Made by a program: the position numbers and the translations under genes. This document shows, piece by piece, positions 50,385 to 60,827 of a stretch of DNA of 64,000 nt. Each line of letters starts with the position of its first letter. Within the stretch, counting starts at the first letter, position 1. Origin of the DNA: an uncultured delta proteobacterium (GTDB lineage: Bacteria > Myxococcota_A > UBA9160 > SMWR01); contig CAWHTE010000005.1 of assembly GCA_963832165.1 (NCBI GenBank), positions 192,001 through 256,000 of the forward strand, in the 5' to 3' direction. The notes below the pieces were generated by a model. The model was not told the DNA's origin. It saw nothing but the letters and a program-made list of their open reading frames with translations, and did no database searches.

Positions 50385-51182
50385 CTACTTCCGCAGCGGG
50401 CGCTTGAGCTCGGCGACGAACGCGGCGGCCGCATCGACGGCCGCGTCGCCCGACCCCGCGCGCTCGATCCGGTCGACGAGCGCGCTGCCCACGACCACAC
50501 CATCGGCGAAAGCGGCGATCCGCACGGCGTGCTCGGGGGTCGACACGCCGAACCCCACGCAGACCGGGACGTCGGAGACCGCGCGCACCGCGCGCACCTC
50601 GGCCTCGAGCGTCGCCGAGATCGCAGTGCGCGCGCCGGTCGTGCCGGTCAGCGACACGAAGTAGAGGAAGCCCGCCGTGCGCTTCGCGAGCATCTCGAGC
50701 CGCTCGGGCCGGGTCGTGGGCGCCGCGAGCAGGACCGGATCGACGCCGCGCGCGCGCAGCGCCGCGTGCAGGCCCTCCCCTTCCTCGGGCGGCAGATCGA
50801 CCGCGATCAGCCCGTCGACCCCCACCTCGGCCGCAGCGGCGGCGAACTCCTCCTCGCCCATCGCGAGCAGGTTGTTCGCATAGCCCATCAGCACGATCGG
50901 CACCTCGACCTGCGCGCGCACGCGCCCGACGAGCTGGAGCACCTTGCGCAGCGACGCGCCCGCGCGCAGCGCGCGCTCGCTCGACCGCTGGATCGTCGGT
51001 CCCTCGGCCATCGGATCCGAGAACGGCACGCCCAGCTCGATCACGTCGGCGCCCGCGAGCGCGAGCGCGGGCACGAGTGCCTCGGTGGTGGCGAGGTCGG
51101 GATCGCCCGCGGTCACGAACGGGATCAGCGCCTTCTCGCCGCGAGCGCGCAGCGCAGCGAAACGAGCATCGAGCCGGCTCAT
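50385..51182 (-). CDS. trpA: Tryptophan synthase alpha subunit
   Basis: IELGVPFSDPMAEGPTIQ, DLPPEE, VGFGVS. Confidence 0.97.
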   Translation of the reverse strand: MSRLDARFAALRARGEKALIPFVTAGDPDLATTEALVPALALAGADVIELGVPFSDPMAEGPTIQRSSERALRAGASLRKVLQLVGRVRAQVEVPIVLMGYANNLLAMGEEEFAAAAAEVGVDGLIAVDLPPEEGEGLHAALRARGVDPVLLAAPTTRPERLEMLAKRTAGFLYFVSLTGTTGARTAISATLEAEVRAVRAVSDVPVCVGFGVSTPEHAVRIAAFADGVVVGSALVDRIERAGSGDAAVDAAAAFVAELKRPLRK

Positions 51183-51209
51183 GCAAGGAGACCGACGAAG
51201 TCGGTCGAC

Positions 51210-51236
51210 GCGCAGCGAGGCGAAGCCGAGCGAAGG
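51210..51236 (+). repeat. Dispersed REP-like repeat, copy 2 (trpB-trpA gap)
   Basis: GCGCAGCGAGGCGAAGCCGAGCGAAGG. Confidence 0.7.
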
Positions 51237-51237
51237 C

Positions 51238-52459
51238 TCATGACTTGCGGCGCTTCGCGAGCAGCTCGCGCACCTGCGGCGCGTCCTTGTCGCCGCGCCC
51301 CGAGAGGTTGATCACGAGCAGCGCGTCGCGGCCGAGCTCGGGCGCGAGGCGGCGCGCGTGCGCCACCGCGTGCGCGGACTCCAGCGCGGGGATGATGCCC
51401 TCGGTGCGCGAGAGATAGAGGAACGAGTCGAGCGCCTCTTCATCGGTTGCGGTCACGTACTCGGCGCGCCCGCTGTCGCGCAGGTGCGCGTGCTCGGGCC
51501 CGACGCCGGGATAGTCGAGCCCCGCCGAGATCGAGTGCGCGGGAAACACCTGGCCGTCATCGTCGAACAAGAGCAGGCTCTTCATGCCGTGCAGCACGCC
51601 GGGCGCGCCCGCGGAGAGCGCGGCGCCGTGGCGTCCGGTCGTGAGGCCCTCGCCGGCCGCTTCGACGCCGACGAGCCGCACGCCCGCGTCGGCCAGGAAC
51701 GGATGGAAGATTCCCATCGCGTTCGAGCCGCCGCCGACGCACGCGACGATCGCATCGGGCAGGCGCCCCGTCGCGGCCAGGATCTGCGCGCGCGCCTCGA
51801 TCCCGATCACGAGCTGGAAGTCGCGCACGATCGTCGGGTACGGATGCGGCCCCATCACCGACCCGATGCAGTAGTAGGTGTCGCGCACGTTGGTGACCCA
51901 GTCGCGCAGCGCCTCGTTGGTGGCGTCCTTGAGCGTCTTCGAGCCGCTCTCGACGGGGCGCACCTCGGCACCCAGCAGCTCCATGCGGAAGACGTTCAGC
52001 GACTGGCGCTCGACGTCCTCGGCGCCCATGTAGACGGTGCAGCTCTGACCCAGGAGCGCCGCGGCCGTGGCGGTCGCGACGCCGTGCTGGCCCGCGCCCG
52101 TCTCCGCGATCACGCGCGGCTTGCCCATGTGGCGCGCGAGCAGGCACTGGCCCAGCACGTTGTTGATCTTGTGCGCGCCCGTGTGCGCGAGGTCTTCGCG
52201 TTTCAGCCAGATCTGCGCGCCGCCGAGGTCTTCGGTCATCCGGCGCGCGAAGAAGAGCGGCGTCGGCCGACCCGCATAGTTCGCGAGCAGGTCGTCGAGC
52301 TCGGCCTTGAACTCGGGGCTCTTCGACACGCGCGGATACGCTTCGGTGAGCTCGTCGAGCGCGGCGATCAGCGTCTCGGGGACATAGCGTCCGCCGTAGT
52401 CGCCGAAGCGACCGCGCTCGTCGGCGGCACTGCGTGAATCCGGACCGCGCTGCGCTCAT
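51238..52459 (-). CDS. trpB: Tryptophan synthase beta subunit (frameshift within the first ~10 codons)
   Basis: [38 protein letters not shown]. Confidence 0.97.
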
Positions 52460-53100
52460 TTCGCCTCGGCCGGCTCCGGCTCCGGTGCTTCGGCCGCACG
52501 CACCGCCTGGACGAAGCGCTTGATCTTCTCGGCATCCTTGCGGTGCCCGGGGCCCTCGACCCCGGAGGCGACATCGACGCCCCACGGCAACAGATCGCCG
52601 AGATCGGCGAGCGCGCCGCCGACGTTGTCCGGGTCGAGCCCGCCGCCCAGGATCACGTCGCAGCCGCTCTCGATCAGCTCTGCGGCGTCCGACCACTTCC
52701 ACGGCTTGCCGCGCCCGCCGCCCTCCGTCGGGTGATCGAGCAGCAGCATCGTGCCCGGGTATTGCTCGGCGGCTTCGGGGTCGGCGCCGCGGATCGCCTT
52801 GATCACGGGCAGGTCGACCGACTCGACCTGCTCCTCGGTCTCGTCCCCGTGGAACTGCAACCGATCGAGGTCGACGCGGCGCAGCACGCGATCGATCTCC
52901 TCCTGCTCCGCGTTCTGGAACACGCCGACCAGCTCGACGCGGCCCGCGACGCGCTCCGCGATCGCGATCGCGGCCTTCAGCTCGAGGAAGCGCGGCGAGG
53001 TGGGCACGAAGTTGAGCCCGAGCAGATCGGCGCCCGCCGCGATCGCGCTCTCGGCATCGTCCGGGTGAATGATCCCGCAGATCTTGATACGAACGTTCAC
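52456..53100 (-). CDS. trpF: Phosphoribosylanthranilate isomerase
   Basis: IKICGI, LQFHGDE, GVDVASGVE. Confidence 0.95.
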   Translation of the reverse strand: MNVRIKICGIIHPDDAESAIAAGADLLGLNFVPTSPRFLELKAAIAIAERVAGRVELVGVFQNAEQEEIDRVLRRVDLDRLQFHGDETEEQVESVDLPVIKAIRGADPEAAEQYPGTMLLLDHPTEGGGRGKPWKWSDAAELIESGCDVILGGGLDPDNVGGALADLGDLLPWGVDVASGVEGPGHRKDAEKIKRFVQAVRAAEAPEPEPAEAK

Positions 53101-53879
53101 GAGGCCCTCCGCAGGCGCCGCAATGCGCCAGCCACATCTGCTTCGCGCATCAGCGATTCGCCGACCAGAAACGCGTGCGCGCCGGACGCGGCCAGTCTCG
53201 CCATGTCGGTGCGCGTGAAGATGCCACTTTCCGCCACCACGACGACCCCCTCCGGCACACGCGGCGCGAGCCGCTCGGTGACACCCAGATCGGTCTCGAA
53301 CGTGCGCAGGTTGCGGTTGTTGATGCCGAGCACGCGCGCGCCCGACGCGAGCGCGACGTCGAGCTCCGCCTCGTCGTGCACCTCGACCAGCGCGCAGAGT
53401 CCCAGTGCCTCGGCGCGCTTCCGCAGCGAGGCGAGCGCCTCGGGCTCGAGCGCCGCCGCGATCAGCAGCACGGCGTCGGCGCCCGCGACGCGCGCCTCGT
53501 CGACCTGGTAGGCGTCGATCACGAAGTCCTTGCGCAGGAGCGGCACGGCGACCGCGCCGCGCACGGCGGCGAGGAAGTCGAGGTGCCCGCCGAAGAACGA
53601 CTCGTCCGTGAGCACCGAGATCGCGGCGGCCCCGCCCTCGGCATACGCGATCGCGCACGCGACCGGATCGAAGTCCGCGCGGATCTCGCCGCGCGAGGGC
53701 GAGCGGCGCTTCACCTCTGCGATCACGCGCGGCTCGGGCCCGCGCGCGATCGCACCCGCGAAGTCGCGCAGCGGCGCCGCGGATTCCTCCGCGCGGCGCG
53801 CGAGCTTCTCGGGCGCCTCGCGCGAGCGCGCGGCCGCGAGCTCGCCGCGCTTGTGGTCGAGGATCCGGTCGAGAATCAT
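53097..53879 (-). CDS. trpC: Indole-3-glycerol phosphate synthase
   Basis: IAEVKRRSPS, LRKDF, GINNRNL, AESGI. Confidence 0.96.
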   Translation of the reverse strand: MILDRILDHKRGELAAARSREAPEKLARRAEESAAPLRDFAGAIARGPEPRVIAEVKRRSPSRGEIRADFDPVACAIAYAEGGAAAISVLTDESFFGGHLDFLAAVRGAVAVPLLRKDFVIDAYQVDEARVAGADAVLLIAAALEPEALASLRKRAEALGLCALVEVHDEAELDVALASGARVLGINNRNLRTFETDLGVTERLAPRVPEGVVVVAESGIFTRTDMARLAASGAHAFLVGESLMREADVAGALRRLRRAS

Positions 53880-54940
53880 TTCTTCTCCGCACGCTGCTGG
53901 CCTTCGCTCGCCTTCGGCTCGCTGCGCGCAACTTGCCCTGCCGCGACCAGCGCGGCGAGCTTCGCGCGCGCGGCACCCGAGTCGATGCTCTCGCGCGCGA
54001 GCGCGAGCCCCTCCGCGAGATCGGCCGCGGCACCGGCCACCCAGAGCACCGCGGCCGCGTTCAGTATCACGATGTCGCGGCGCGGCCCTTCCTCGCCCTC
54101 GAGCACCTTGAGCGCGATCGCGGCGTTCTCGGCCGCGTCGCCGCCGCGCAGCCCGTCGCCGGAGTAGAGCGGAACGCCCAGCGTCTGCGGATAGATCGTG
54201 AACTCCCGCACCGAGCCGCCGTCGAGCAGCGCGGCGTGCGTGGGCCCCGTGGTGGTGATCTCGTCGAGCCCATCGTCGCCGTGCACGACGAGCACGCGCT
54301 CCGATCCGAGCTGGGCGAGCGCGGACGCGAGTGTGGGTACCAGCGCGGGGTCGTAGACGCCGATCATCTGGCGCCGCACGCCGAGCGGGTTGAGCAGCGG
54401 CCCCATGCAGTTCATGAGCGTGCGGATCCCGAGCTCCTGGCGCACGGGCGCCACGTGGCGCATCGCGGGATGGGCGATCCGCGCGAAGAACGGCGCGATC
54501 CCCACCTGGGCCAGCACGCGCGCGGACGCGGCCACTTCGAGCTCCACGGCCACGCCGAGCGCCTCGAGCACGTCGATGCTGCCCGACTTGCTCGAGGCGG
54601 CGCGGTTGCCGTGCTTCGCCACCGGCACGCCCGCGCCCGCCACCACGAACGCCGCGGTCGTCGAGATGTTGAAGGTATGGGCGCCGTCGCCGCCCGTGCC
54701 GCAGCTGTCGACCGTGCGCGGATCGAGGCAGGGAGCGGTCACCGCGACCGCGCGCAGCGCGCGCGCCGCGCCCACGATCTCCCCGACCGTCTCGCCCTTC
54801 GTGCGCAGCGCCACGAGCAGCGCCGCGATGCCCACGGGCGTCGCCTCTCCCGCGGCGATCTCCGCGAACGCCGCTTCGAGCAGCTCGGGCGACAGCTCCT
54901 CGCCGCGCACGGCGCAATCGATCGCGGCGCGCACGCTCAC
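53876..54940 (-). CDS. trpD: Anthranilate phosphoribosyltransferase
   Basis: CGTGGDG..TFNIST, KHGNR, GLDE. Confidence 0.96.
   Translation of the reverse strand: MSVRAAIDCAVRGEELSPELLEAAFAEIAAGEATPVGIAALLVALRTKGETVGEIVGAARALRAVAVTAPCLDPRTVDSCGTGGDGAHTFNISTTAAFVVAGAGVPVAKHGNRAASSKSGSIDVLEALGVAVELEVAASARVLAQVGIAPFFARIAHPAMRHVAPVRQELGIRTLMNCMGPLLNPLGVRRQMIGVYDPALVPTLASALAQLGSERVLVVHGDDGLDEITTTGPTHAALLDGGSVREFTIYPQTLGVPLYSGDGLRGGDAAENAAIALKVLEGEEGPRRDIVILNAAAVLWVAGAAADLAEGLALARESIDSGAARAKLAALVAAGQVARSEPKASEGQQRAEKK
53901..53927 (-). repeat. Dispersed REP-like repeat, copy 3 (inside the trpD 3' end)
   Basis: GCGCAGCGAGCCGAAGGCGAGCGAAGG, read in frame as RSEPKASEG. Confidence 0.7.
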
Positions 54941-55527
54941 GCGGCGGCTCGTCCGCGGCAGCGCGCGAGGAAGTTGCCGAGCAGCTGCTTGCCGCACGCG
55001 GTCAGGATCGATTCGGGATGGAACTGCACCCCCTCGATCGGCAGCGAGCGATGGCGCACCGCCATGATCTCCCGGTCCGCGGTGCGCGCGCTGATCTCGA
55101 GCTCCGCGGGACACGACGACTCCTCGATCACGAGCGAGTGGTAGCGGGTCGCCTCGAGCGGCGACGCGACGCCCTCGAACACGCCCTTCCCGTCGTGCTC
55201 GATCACCGAGACCTTGCCGTGCATGATCCGGCGCGCCCGCACGATGCGGCCGCCGAATGCCGCGCCGATCGACTGGTGTCCCAGGCACACGCCGAGCAGC
55301 GGCGTGCCGCGCTCGGCGCACGCGCGCACGGCGTCGAGCGATATGCCCGCGGCATCGGGATCGCCCGGGCCCGGCGAGATCACGACGCCGGCCGGACCGC
55401 CGTCGAGCAGCGCCGCGGCCGACACCGCGTCGTTTCGCACCACGTCGACCTGCGCGCCCAGCTCGGAGAGATACTGAACGAGGTTGTACGTGAAGGAGTC
55501 GTAGTTGTCGATCATTGCGATCCGCAT
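54937..55527 (-). CDS. trpG: Anthranilate synthase component II
   Basis: IDNYDSFTYNL, SPGPG, GVCLGHQ, QFHPES. Confidence 0.95.
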   Translation of the reverse strand: MRIAMIDNYDSFTYNLVQYLSELGAQVDVVRNDAVSAAALLDGGPAGVVISPGPGDPDAAGISLDAVRACAERGTPLLGVCLGHQSIGAAFGGRIVRARRIMHGKVSVIEHDGKGVFEGVASPLEATRYHSLVIEESSCPAELEISARTADREIMAVRHRSLPIEGVQFHPESILTACGKQLLGNFLARCRGRAAA

Positions 55528-55538
55528 GACGGCACTCG

Positions 55539-57027
55539 CTAGTCGACTCCCTCTCGCGCCATGTCGATCGCCTCGATCAGCGCACGGCCCTTGTTGACCG
55601 TCTCCTGGTACTCCGACTCGGGGTCGGAGTCCGCCACGATGCCCGCGCCCGCGCGCAGGAAGATCTCGCCGTCCTTCACGAGCAACGTGCGGATCGCGAT
55701 CGCGGTGTCCATGTTGCCCGAGTAGTCGATGTAGCCGACGCAGCCGCCGTAGGGCCCGCGTCGCAGCGTCTCGAGCTCGTCGATGATCTCCATCGCGCGC
55801 ACCTTGGGCGCACCCGAGAGCGTTCCGGCCGGGAACGTGGCGCGCAGCAGGTCGAGCCAGTCGAGTCCCTTGCGCAGCCGCGCCTGGACGTTCGAGACGA
55901 TGTGCATCACGTGCGAATAGCGCTCGATCGTGGCGTACTCGTTCACGCACCACGCTGCCGTACTCGGCGACGCGCCCGACGTCGTTGCGCCCGAGATCCA
56001 CGAGCATCAGGTGTTCGGCGCGCTCCTTCGGGTCGGCGAGCAGATCGGCTTCGAACGCGCGGTCTTCCTCGGGCGTGCGGCCGCGCGGGCGCGTGCCCGC
56101 GATCGGGCGCACGTCGATCTTGCCGTCCTCGAGGCGCACGAGGATCTCCGGCGAAGACCCGATCAGCACGGGACCCTCGCAGCGCAGGAAGAACAGATAG
56201 GGACTCGGGTTGATCACGCGCAGGTGGCGGTAGATCGTGAACGGATCCACCTGGAGCGGGATCCGGAACTGCTGCGACAGCACCACCTGGAAGATGTCGC
56301 CGGCCTCGATGTACTCCTTCGCGTGCTTGACGCTCTCGTGAAACGCCTCGCGCGTCACGCTGCGCCGCACGTCCATCGGCGCGCGCACGGGAACGCTGCG
56401 CGGCTCGGCCGGCAGCGGCTCGCGCAAGCGCTCGACCACCGCCTCGACCGCCGCGGCCGCCTCGGCGTACGCGCGGCCGAGATCCGTGCCGGCTTCGACC
56501 GGGACGTGGCGCACGATCGCCGCGGTTTTGCGCATGTTGTCGACCACGACGATCGTCTCGGGCAGTACGAACCAGAGATCGGGCATGCCCGTCTCGTCGG
56601 GGTTTTCGTCCGGTACGCGCTCGACGAAGCGCACCCAGTCGTAGCTGACCAGGCCCACCGCGCCGCCGAGGAAGCGCGGCAACCGCGTTCCTTCGATCGT
56701 CACGGGCCGCAGCGCCGCGAGCTTCGCGCGCAGGATCTCGAGCGGATCGCCGGGTGCGTGGATGCGCTCCACGCGCCCATCCTGCTCCCACTCCACTTCG
56801 CTGCCGCGCGCGCGGAACAGCGCGCGCGCTCCCGTGCCGATGAAGCTGAACCGGCCCCACTTCTCGCCGCCCTCGACCGACTCGAACAGGAAGCTCGTGT
56901 GGCCGTCGTCGAGCCGCCGGAACAGGGACAGCGGCGTGTCCATGTCCGCGAGGATCTCGCGCACCACCGGTACCCAGTTGCCCCGCTTGGCGAGCTCCTC
57001 GAAGGATTCCTGGGACGGGCGAAGCAC
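55539..57027 (-). CDS. trpE: Anthranilate synthase component I (one frameshift near 55947)
   Basis: [40 protein letters not shown]. Confidence 0.95.
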
Positions 57028-57108
57028 GGTGCGAACTCGAACGGGCCGCAGTGGCCCGGGGTGTAGAGGCGCAAAAACCGGCGCCGGTTCGGAGGCTTAC
57101 CAGAGGGC

Positions 57109-59526
57109 CTAGTTGCCGTCAAGCAAGCTCGGGCGCGGTCGCGGCGGCTCGCCGCCGAGACCGACCAGGCGATAGATGAGCTTCGCATCCACGCCGCGCT
57201 TGCGGTCCTGACTCAGCTCGACGCCGAGCGCCCAGCAGCCGCAGCGCGACAGGTATTCGACCCGGCCCTGATTCGCGAGCGAGCGATTGCCCTCGATCGA
57301 GTAGGCGATCCCGTAGGCGACGCTCCAGCGCGCCGTGAGATCGAACGAGACGCCGCCGCGGATCTGGTTGATGTGGTCGACCTCGGTGTGCTGGCCGAAG
57401 CGATCGCCCGCAGGGAAGTCCTCGAACAAGAGCGGGATCTCCCGCGCCCATCGGTAGCCGCCGTGGAGCGCGACGCCCGGAAAGCTCCAGCGCGCTTCCG
57501 CGAATCCTTCGTCGACGCGCCCCGCGGTGGGATCGACATCGGCGTGGAAGCCCAGGTCGAGCTGCTCGAGCGGGAACGCGCGGCCGTCGAGGATCACCGC
57601 ATCGAAGCGCGTGTTCTCGACGTCGTAGAGCCCGAGCAGCACGAAGTCGGCGAGCAGCGCGCTCCTGCCGTCGCGGGATCCGTAGAGGCGGTTGCCGAAG
57701 CCCGCCGTCGCGCGGCTCGCGCGGTCGATCCGATCGGCGTCGTCGCGCGTCACCGCGTCCAGGTCGAGCGCGCGGATCCGGTCGAGCGGCACCGCCGTCG
57801 CGGGCACGAACAGCGCGTTGCGATCCTGCGGGCGCGTGTAGGCCAGCGCATAACCCGCCTTGGGCTCGAGCACGTGCACGAGCTCTGCGTAGCGCCGGCG
57901 CAATCGCGTCGACAGGTCGACGCGCGCCGTCGGAAAGCCGCGCTCGCGGAAGTCGCGCACGCGCGAGTCGTAGAGCGTCTCGTGCCAGCCCACCTCCGGC
58001 ACGAGCGATATGCCCCAGGCATCGAGCGGCACCGCGAGCCGGGGCTGGAGCTGCATGCGGTGGCCGCGATCGGTCAGCGGCTCGCCCTCCTGGTAGACGC
58101 CATCGCCCTCGGTGCCGCCGAACAGATCGAAGTCGTCCTGGAACGGATCGGGCAGCGGGCCGAGCTCGCTGCGCGTCACGAGTCCCGGCGTCGGGTCGGG
58201 CAGAGCGTCGACGCCCGTGTCGAGGAACAAGCCGCGGGCTCCGACCAACTCCGGCGGCACTTCCAGCTCGTGCTCGGCGCGCTTGCGCGCCTCGAACCAG
58301 GTGTACTCGACGTCGAACGAGGGCATCAGGAACGGGATGCCCGGCACGCGGCCCGGAAGGATGTCGACGCGCGCGGTCGGCCAGCGCTGCAACAGGTACC
58401 GGTCGCGGTCGAGGTCGTCGGGGTTCTGCAGGTCGTCGACGAAGCGTCCCCCCACGCGGGCGCCGGTCCGCCCGATCGTGCCGACCGAGCGCGAGAGCAC
58501 CGCCTCCGACTCCAGGAAGCGGTCGTGGCGGTGGACCTCGAGCTCGCGGAAATCGAACGGCACCTCGTTGTCCGAGGCGAAGCGATAGTTGGTCTCGAAG
58601 CGCAGCTCGGCGGGCAGATACCAGTCGTGCGCGCCCGACGTGCTCCAGCGGTTGCGGCCGAACGGCTCCTGGGGCGTCTTCGGATCGATCTTCATGTCGC
58701 GGTAGTAGGCGGCCTGCGCCACGCCCTCGGAGTTCTCGCCCGACACGTAGTCGAAGCGGCCCGCACCGCCGGCGCCCCGTTCCACCGAGTAGCGCGGCGT
58801 CATCACGAGGCCCGCCTGGTCGGTGATCGCCCAGAAGAACGGCAGCCCGAACTCGAAGCCGTCGAAGCTGCCGAGCGAGAACTCCGGGAACAAGAGGCCC
58901 GTCTGCCGCTCGGTCTTGACCGGAAACACCATCCACGGGATCCATGCCACGGGCACGCCGAACACGTCGAACGTGGTGTTGCGCGCGGTGGCATAGCCCT
59001 CGACCTCGAGCTCGGCCTCCTCCGATTCCAGCACCCACGGCTCGACGTCGTCCGGCTTCGGGCAGCGGCAGGTGGTGAAGCGGCCTTCGCGGAACGAGTA
59101 GGTGCGCGGTCCGGTCTTGGCGATCTCGGCCGCGCTGGCGCGGAAGCGCGAGGTCTGCGACTCGAGCCGGCCCCCGTGCACGGTGCCCTGGATCGTCTCG
59201 AGCTCGAACTCGACGAAGTCGGCGGTCACGAGGTCCCCGGCGTCCTCGAGCTTCACGTTGCCGCTCGCCACGCCCGCGCCGGTCTTGCGGTTGAAGGCGA
59301 CCCAGTCGGCGCGCAGCGTGCGCCCCGACTGTCGGATCACCACGTTGCCGCGCCCGATGTAGAGCTCGCGCTCGATGTCGTAGTGGAGCGCGTCGGCCGT
59401 GAGCTCGAACGGCTCCTCTTTCAGCCGCTCCGAGAGATCAGACAGGCCGTCCGAGGTCTGTGCAGCCGCGGCGTGCGCGAGGACCACGGCGAGAGCCGCG
59501 ATGCAGAGGCGGACGCCCAGCGGCAT
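57109..59526 (-). CDS. lptD: LPS-assembly protein LptD
   Basis: Signal peptide, FTTC, RQTGLLFP, beta-barrel C-terminus with CGCW. Confidence 0.85.
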   Translation of the reverse strand: MPLGVRLCIAALAVVLAHAAAAQTSDGLSDLSERLKEEPFELTADALHYDIERELYIGRGNVVIRQSGRTLRADWVAFNRKTGAGVASGNVKLEDAGDLVTADFVEFELETIQGTVHGGRLESQTSRFRASAAEIAKTGPRTYSFREGRFTTCRCPKPDDVEPWVLESEEAELEVEGYATARNTTFDVFGVPVAWIPWMVFPVKTERQTGLLFPEFSLGSFDGFEFGLPFFWAITDQAGLVMTPRYSVERGAGGAGRFDYVSGENSEGVAQAAYYRDMKIDPKTPQEPFGRNRWSTSGAHDWYLPAELRFETNYRFASDNEVPFDFRELEVHRHDRFLESEAVLSRSVGTIGRTGARVGGRFVDDLQNPDDLDRDRYLLQRWPTARVDILPGRVPGIPFLMPSFDVEYTWFEARKRAEHELEVPPELVGARGLFLDTGVDALPDPTPGLVTRSELGPLPDPFQDDFDLFGGTEGDGVYQEGEPLTDRGHRMQLQPRLAVPLDAWGISLVPEVGWHETLYDSRVRDFRERGFPTARVDLSTRLRRRYAELVHVLEPKAGYALAYTRPQDRNALFVPATAVPLDRIRALDLDAVTRDDADRIDRASRATAGFGNRLYGSRDGRSALLADFVLLGLYDVENTRFDAVILDGRAFPLEQLDLGFHADVDPTAGRVDEGFAEARWSFPGVALHGGYRWAREIPLLFEDFPAGDRFGQHTEVDHINQIRGGVSFDLTARWSVAYGIAYSIEGNRSLANQGRVEYLSRCGCWALGVELSQDRKRGVDAKLIYRLVGLGGEPPRPRPSLLDGN

Positions 59527-59579
59527 GCGCGGGCACCCTACACGAAGCAGCGCCGTTTCGCAGCGAAACTACCTCGCCT

Positions 59580-60272
59580 CTAACTCGACTCGAGCGACCC
59601 GCTCAGCGCTTCGCAGTTGGGAATGTGGAGCACGTCGTCCTCGAGGGTGACCAGCTTGCGATCGAAGAGCTGATGCAGCGCCCGGTGCACCTCGAGCATC
59701 GACAGGCCCGCCGCGGACGCGATCTGGGACAGCTTCGATTCGACGCGCATGCCCACCTCGCGCTCGGTGACCCCGAGCCGCAAGAGCGAGCGCACGACCG
59801 GGCGCATCAGGTCGTCGACGCCGAGCGCCGCGAGCCGCCGCTCGGCCTCGACGAGGCGTCCGACCAGCACGCGGATCATCCGGATCGCGATGATCGGCTG
59901 CTCGAGACACATCGCCTCGAGCGTCTCGCGGTCGAGTGCGATCAGCCGCGTGGCGTTGACCGCGACGGCGCGCGAGCTGCGCCGCTCGCCGCCGACCACA
60001 CCGAGCTCGCCGAAGAAGTCGCCGGGCCCGAGCCGCGCCACGACGCGCTGCTTGTCCTGGGTCTCGCGGACCAGCTCGACCTCTCCGGACTGGACCACGT
60101 AGAGCTGGTCGCCCGGGTCGCCCGCATCGAAGATCACCTCGCCGGGCGAGAGCGTGCGCTGGTAGTAGCGCCGCACTCGGACCGAGGTGAGCTCTTCGGG
60201 CTGGGGCTGGGACACGGCCTCCTCCACCCTCGCCAGCGCGAGGCCGAGCCGTGGCCCGGCGCGGGATCCCAC
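59580..60272 (-). CDS. Crp/Fnr-family cNMP-binding regulator (start may be further downstream)
   Basis: GEVIFDAGDPGD.LYVV..G.V, GDFFGE, RS..A; C-terminal HTH. Confidence 0.85.
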   Translation of the reverse strand: MGSRAGPRLGLALARVEEAVSQPQPEELTSVRVRRYYQRTLSPGEVIFDAGDPGDQLYVVQSGEVELVRETQDKQRVVARLGPGDFFGELGVVGGERRSSRAVAVNATRLIALDRETLEAMCLEQPIIAIRMIRVLVGRLVEAERRLAALGVDDLMRPVVRSLLRLGVTEREVGMRVESKLSQIASAAGLSMLEVHRALHQLFDRKLVTLEDDVLHIPNCEALSGSLESS

Positions 60273-60329
60273 AGCGATTTCGACCGGTTGGAGGACGGGC
60301 TTGAGCCGATCCTGCCGGGCGGATACGCC

Positions 60330-60827
60330 CTACGAGCCCATCAGCGGCGCGATCGCGGCCTCGACCTCCGCCGCCGTCGAGACGCCCACGATCACGGTAT
60401 CGATCCGGCCCTGCGGGTCGACGATCACCGTGGCGGGGAAGCCGTAGACGTCGTAGCGCCGCGCGAGATCCTCATCGCCCCCGACCAGCAGCGGGTACTC
60501 GGCGACCGCCTCGTTCTCGGTTCCCCACGTGCGCACTTCTTCGGCGCTCGCACCGCCCACCTCGAGACCCAGCACGACGAGCTTCCCGGACGACCGGTGC
60601 GCCCTCCACACCCGGTTCAGCTCGGGCGGCTGGAGCACGCACGGCTCGCACCAGGTCGCGAAGAAGTCGATCACGACGGTCTGCCCGCGCAGGTCGGACA
60701 GCTTCACGGTGCGCCCGTCGAGGTCGACGTGGGCGAAGTCGGGCGCGGGCGGATGGGCGCGTTCGGGCGCGCACGAAAGCGACAGCGCGAGCCACGCGCA
60801 CGCGAGCACCGCCGTGCGCGCGGTCAT
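60330..60827 (-). CDS. TlpA-family thiol:disulfide oxidoreductase lipoprotein
   Basis: FFATWCEPC, GFP. Confidence 0.9.
   Translation of the reverse strand: MTARTAVLACAWLALSLSCAPERAHPPAPDFAHVDLDGRTVKLSDLRGQTVVIDFFATWCEPCVLQPPELNRVWRAHRSSGKLVVLGLEVGGASAEEVRTWGTENEAVAEYPLLVGGDEDLARRYDVYGFPATVIVDPQGRIDTVIVGVSTAAEVEAAIAPLMGS

Noticed and set aside
40040..55960. Programmed ribosomal frameshifting in mutS, pheA, coaE or trpE
   Set aside because: No slippery sequences seen; the window-wide indel pattern explains the breaks
54937..57027. TrpE-TrpG fusion protein
   Set aside because: Artefact of one frameshift near 55947; the TrpE C-terminus is in another frame with its own stop
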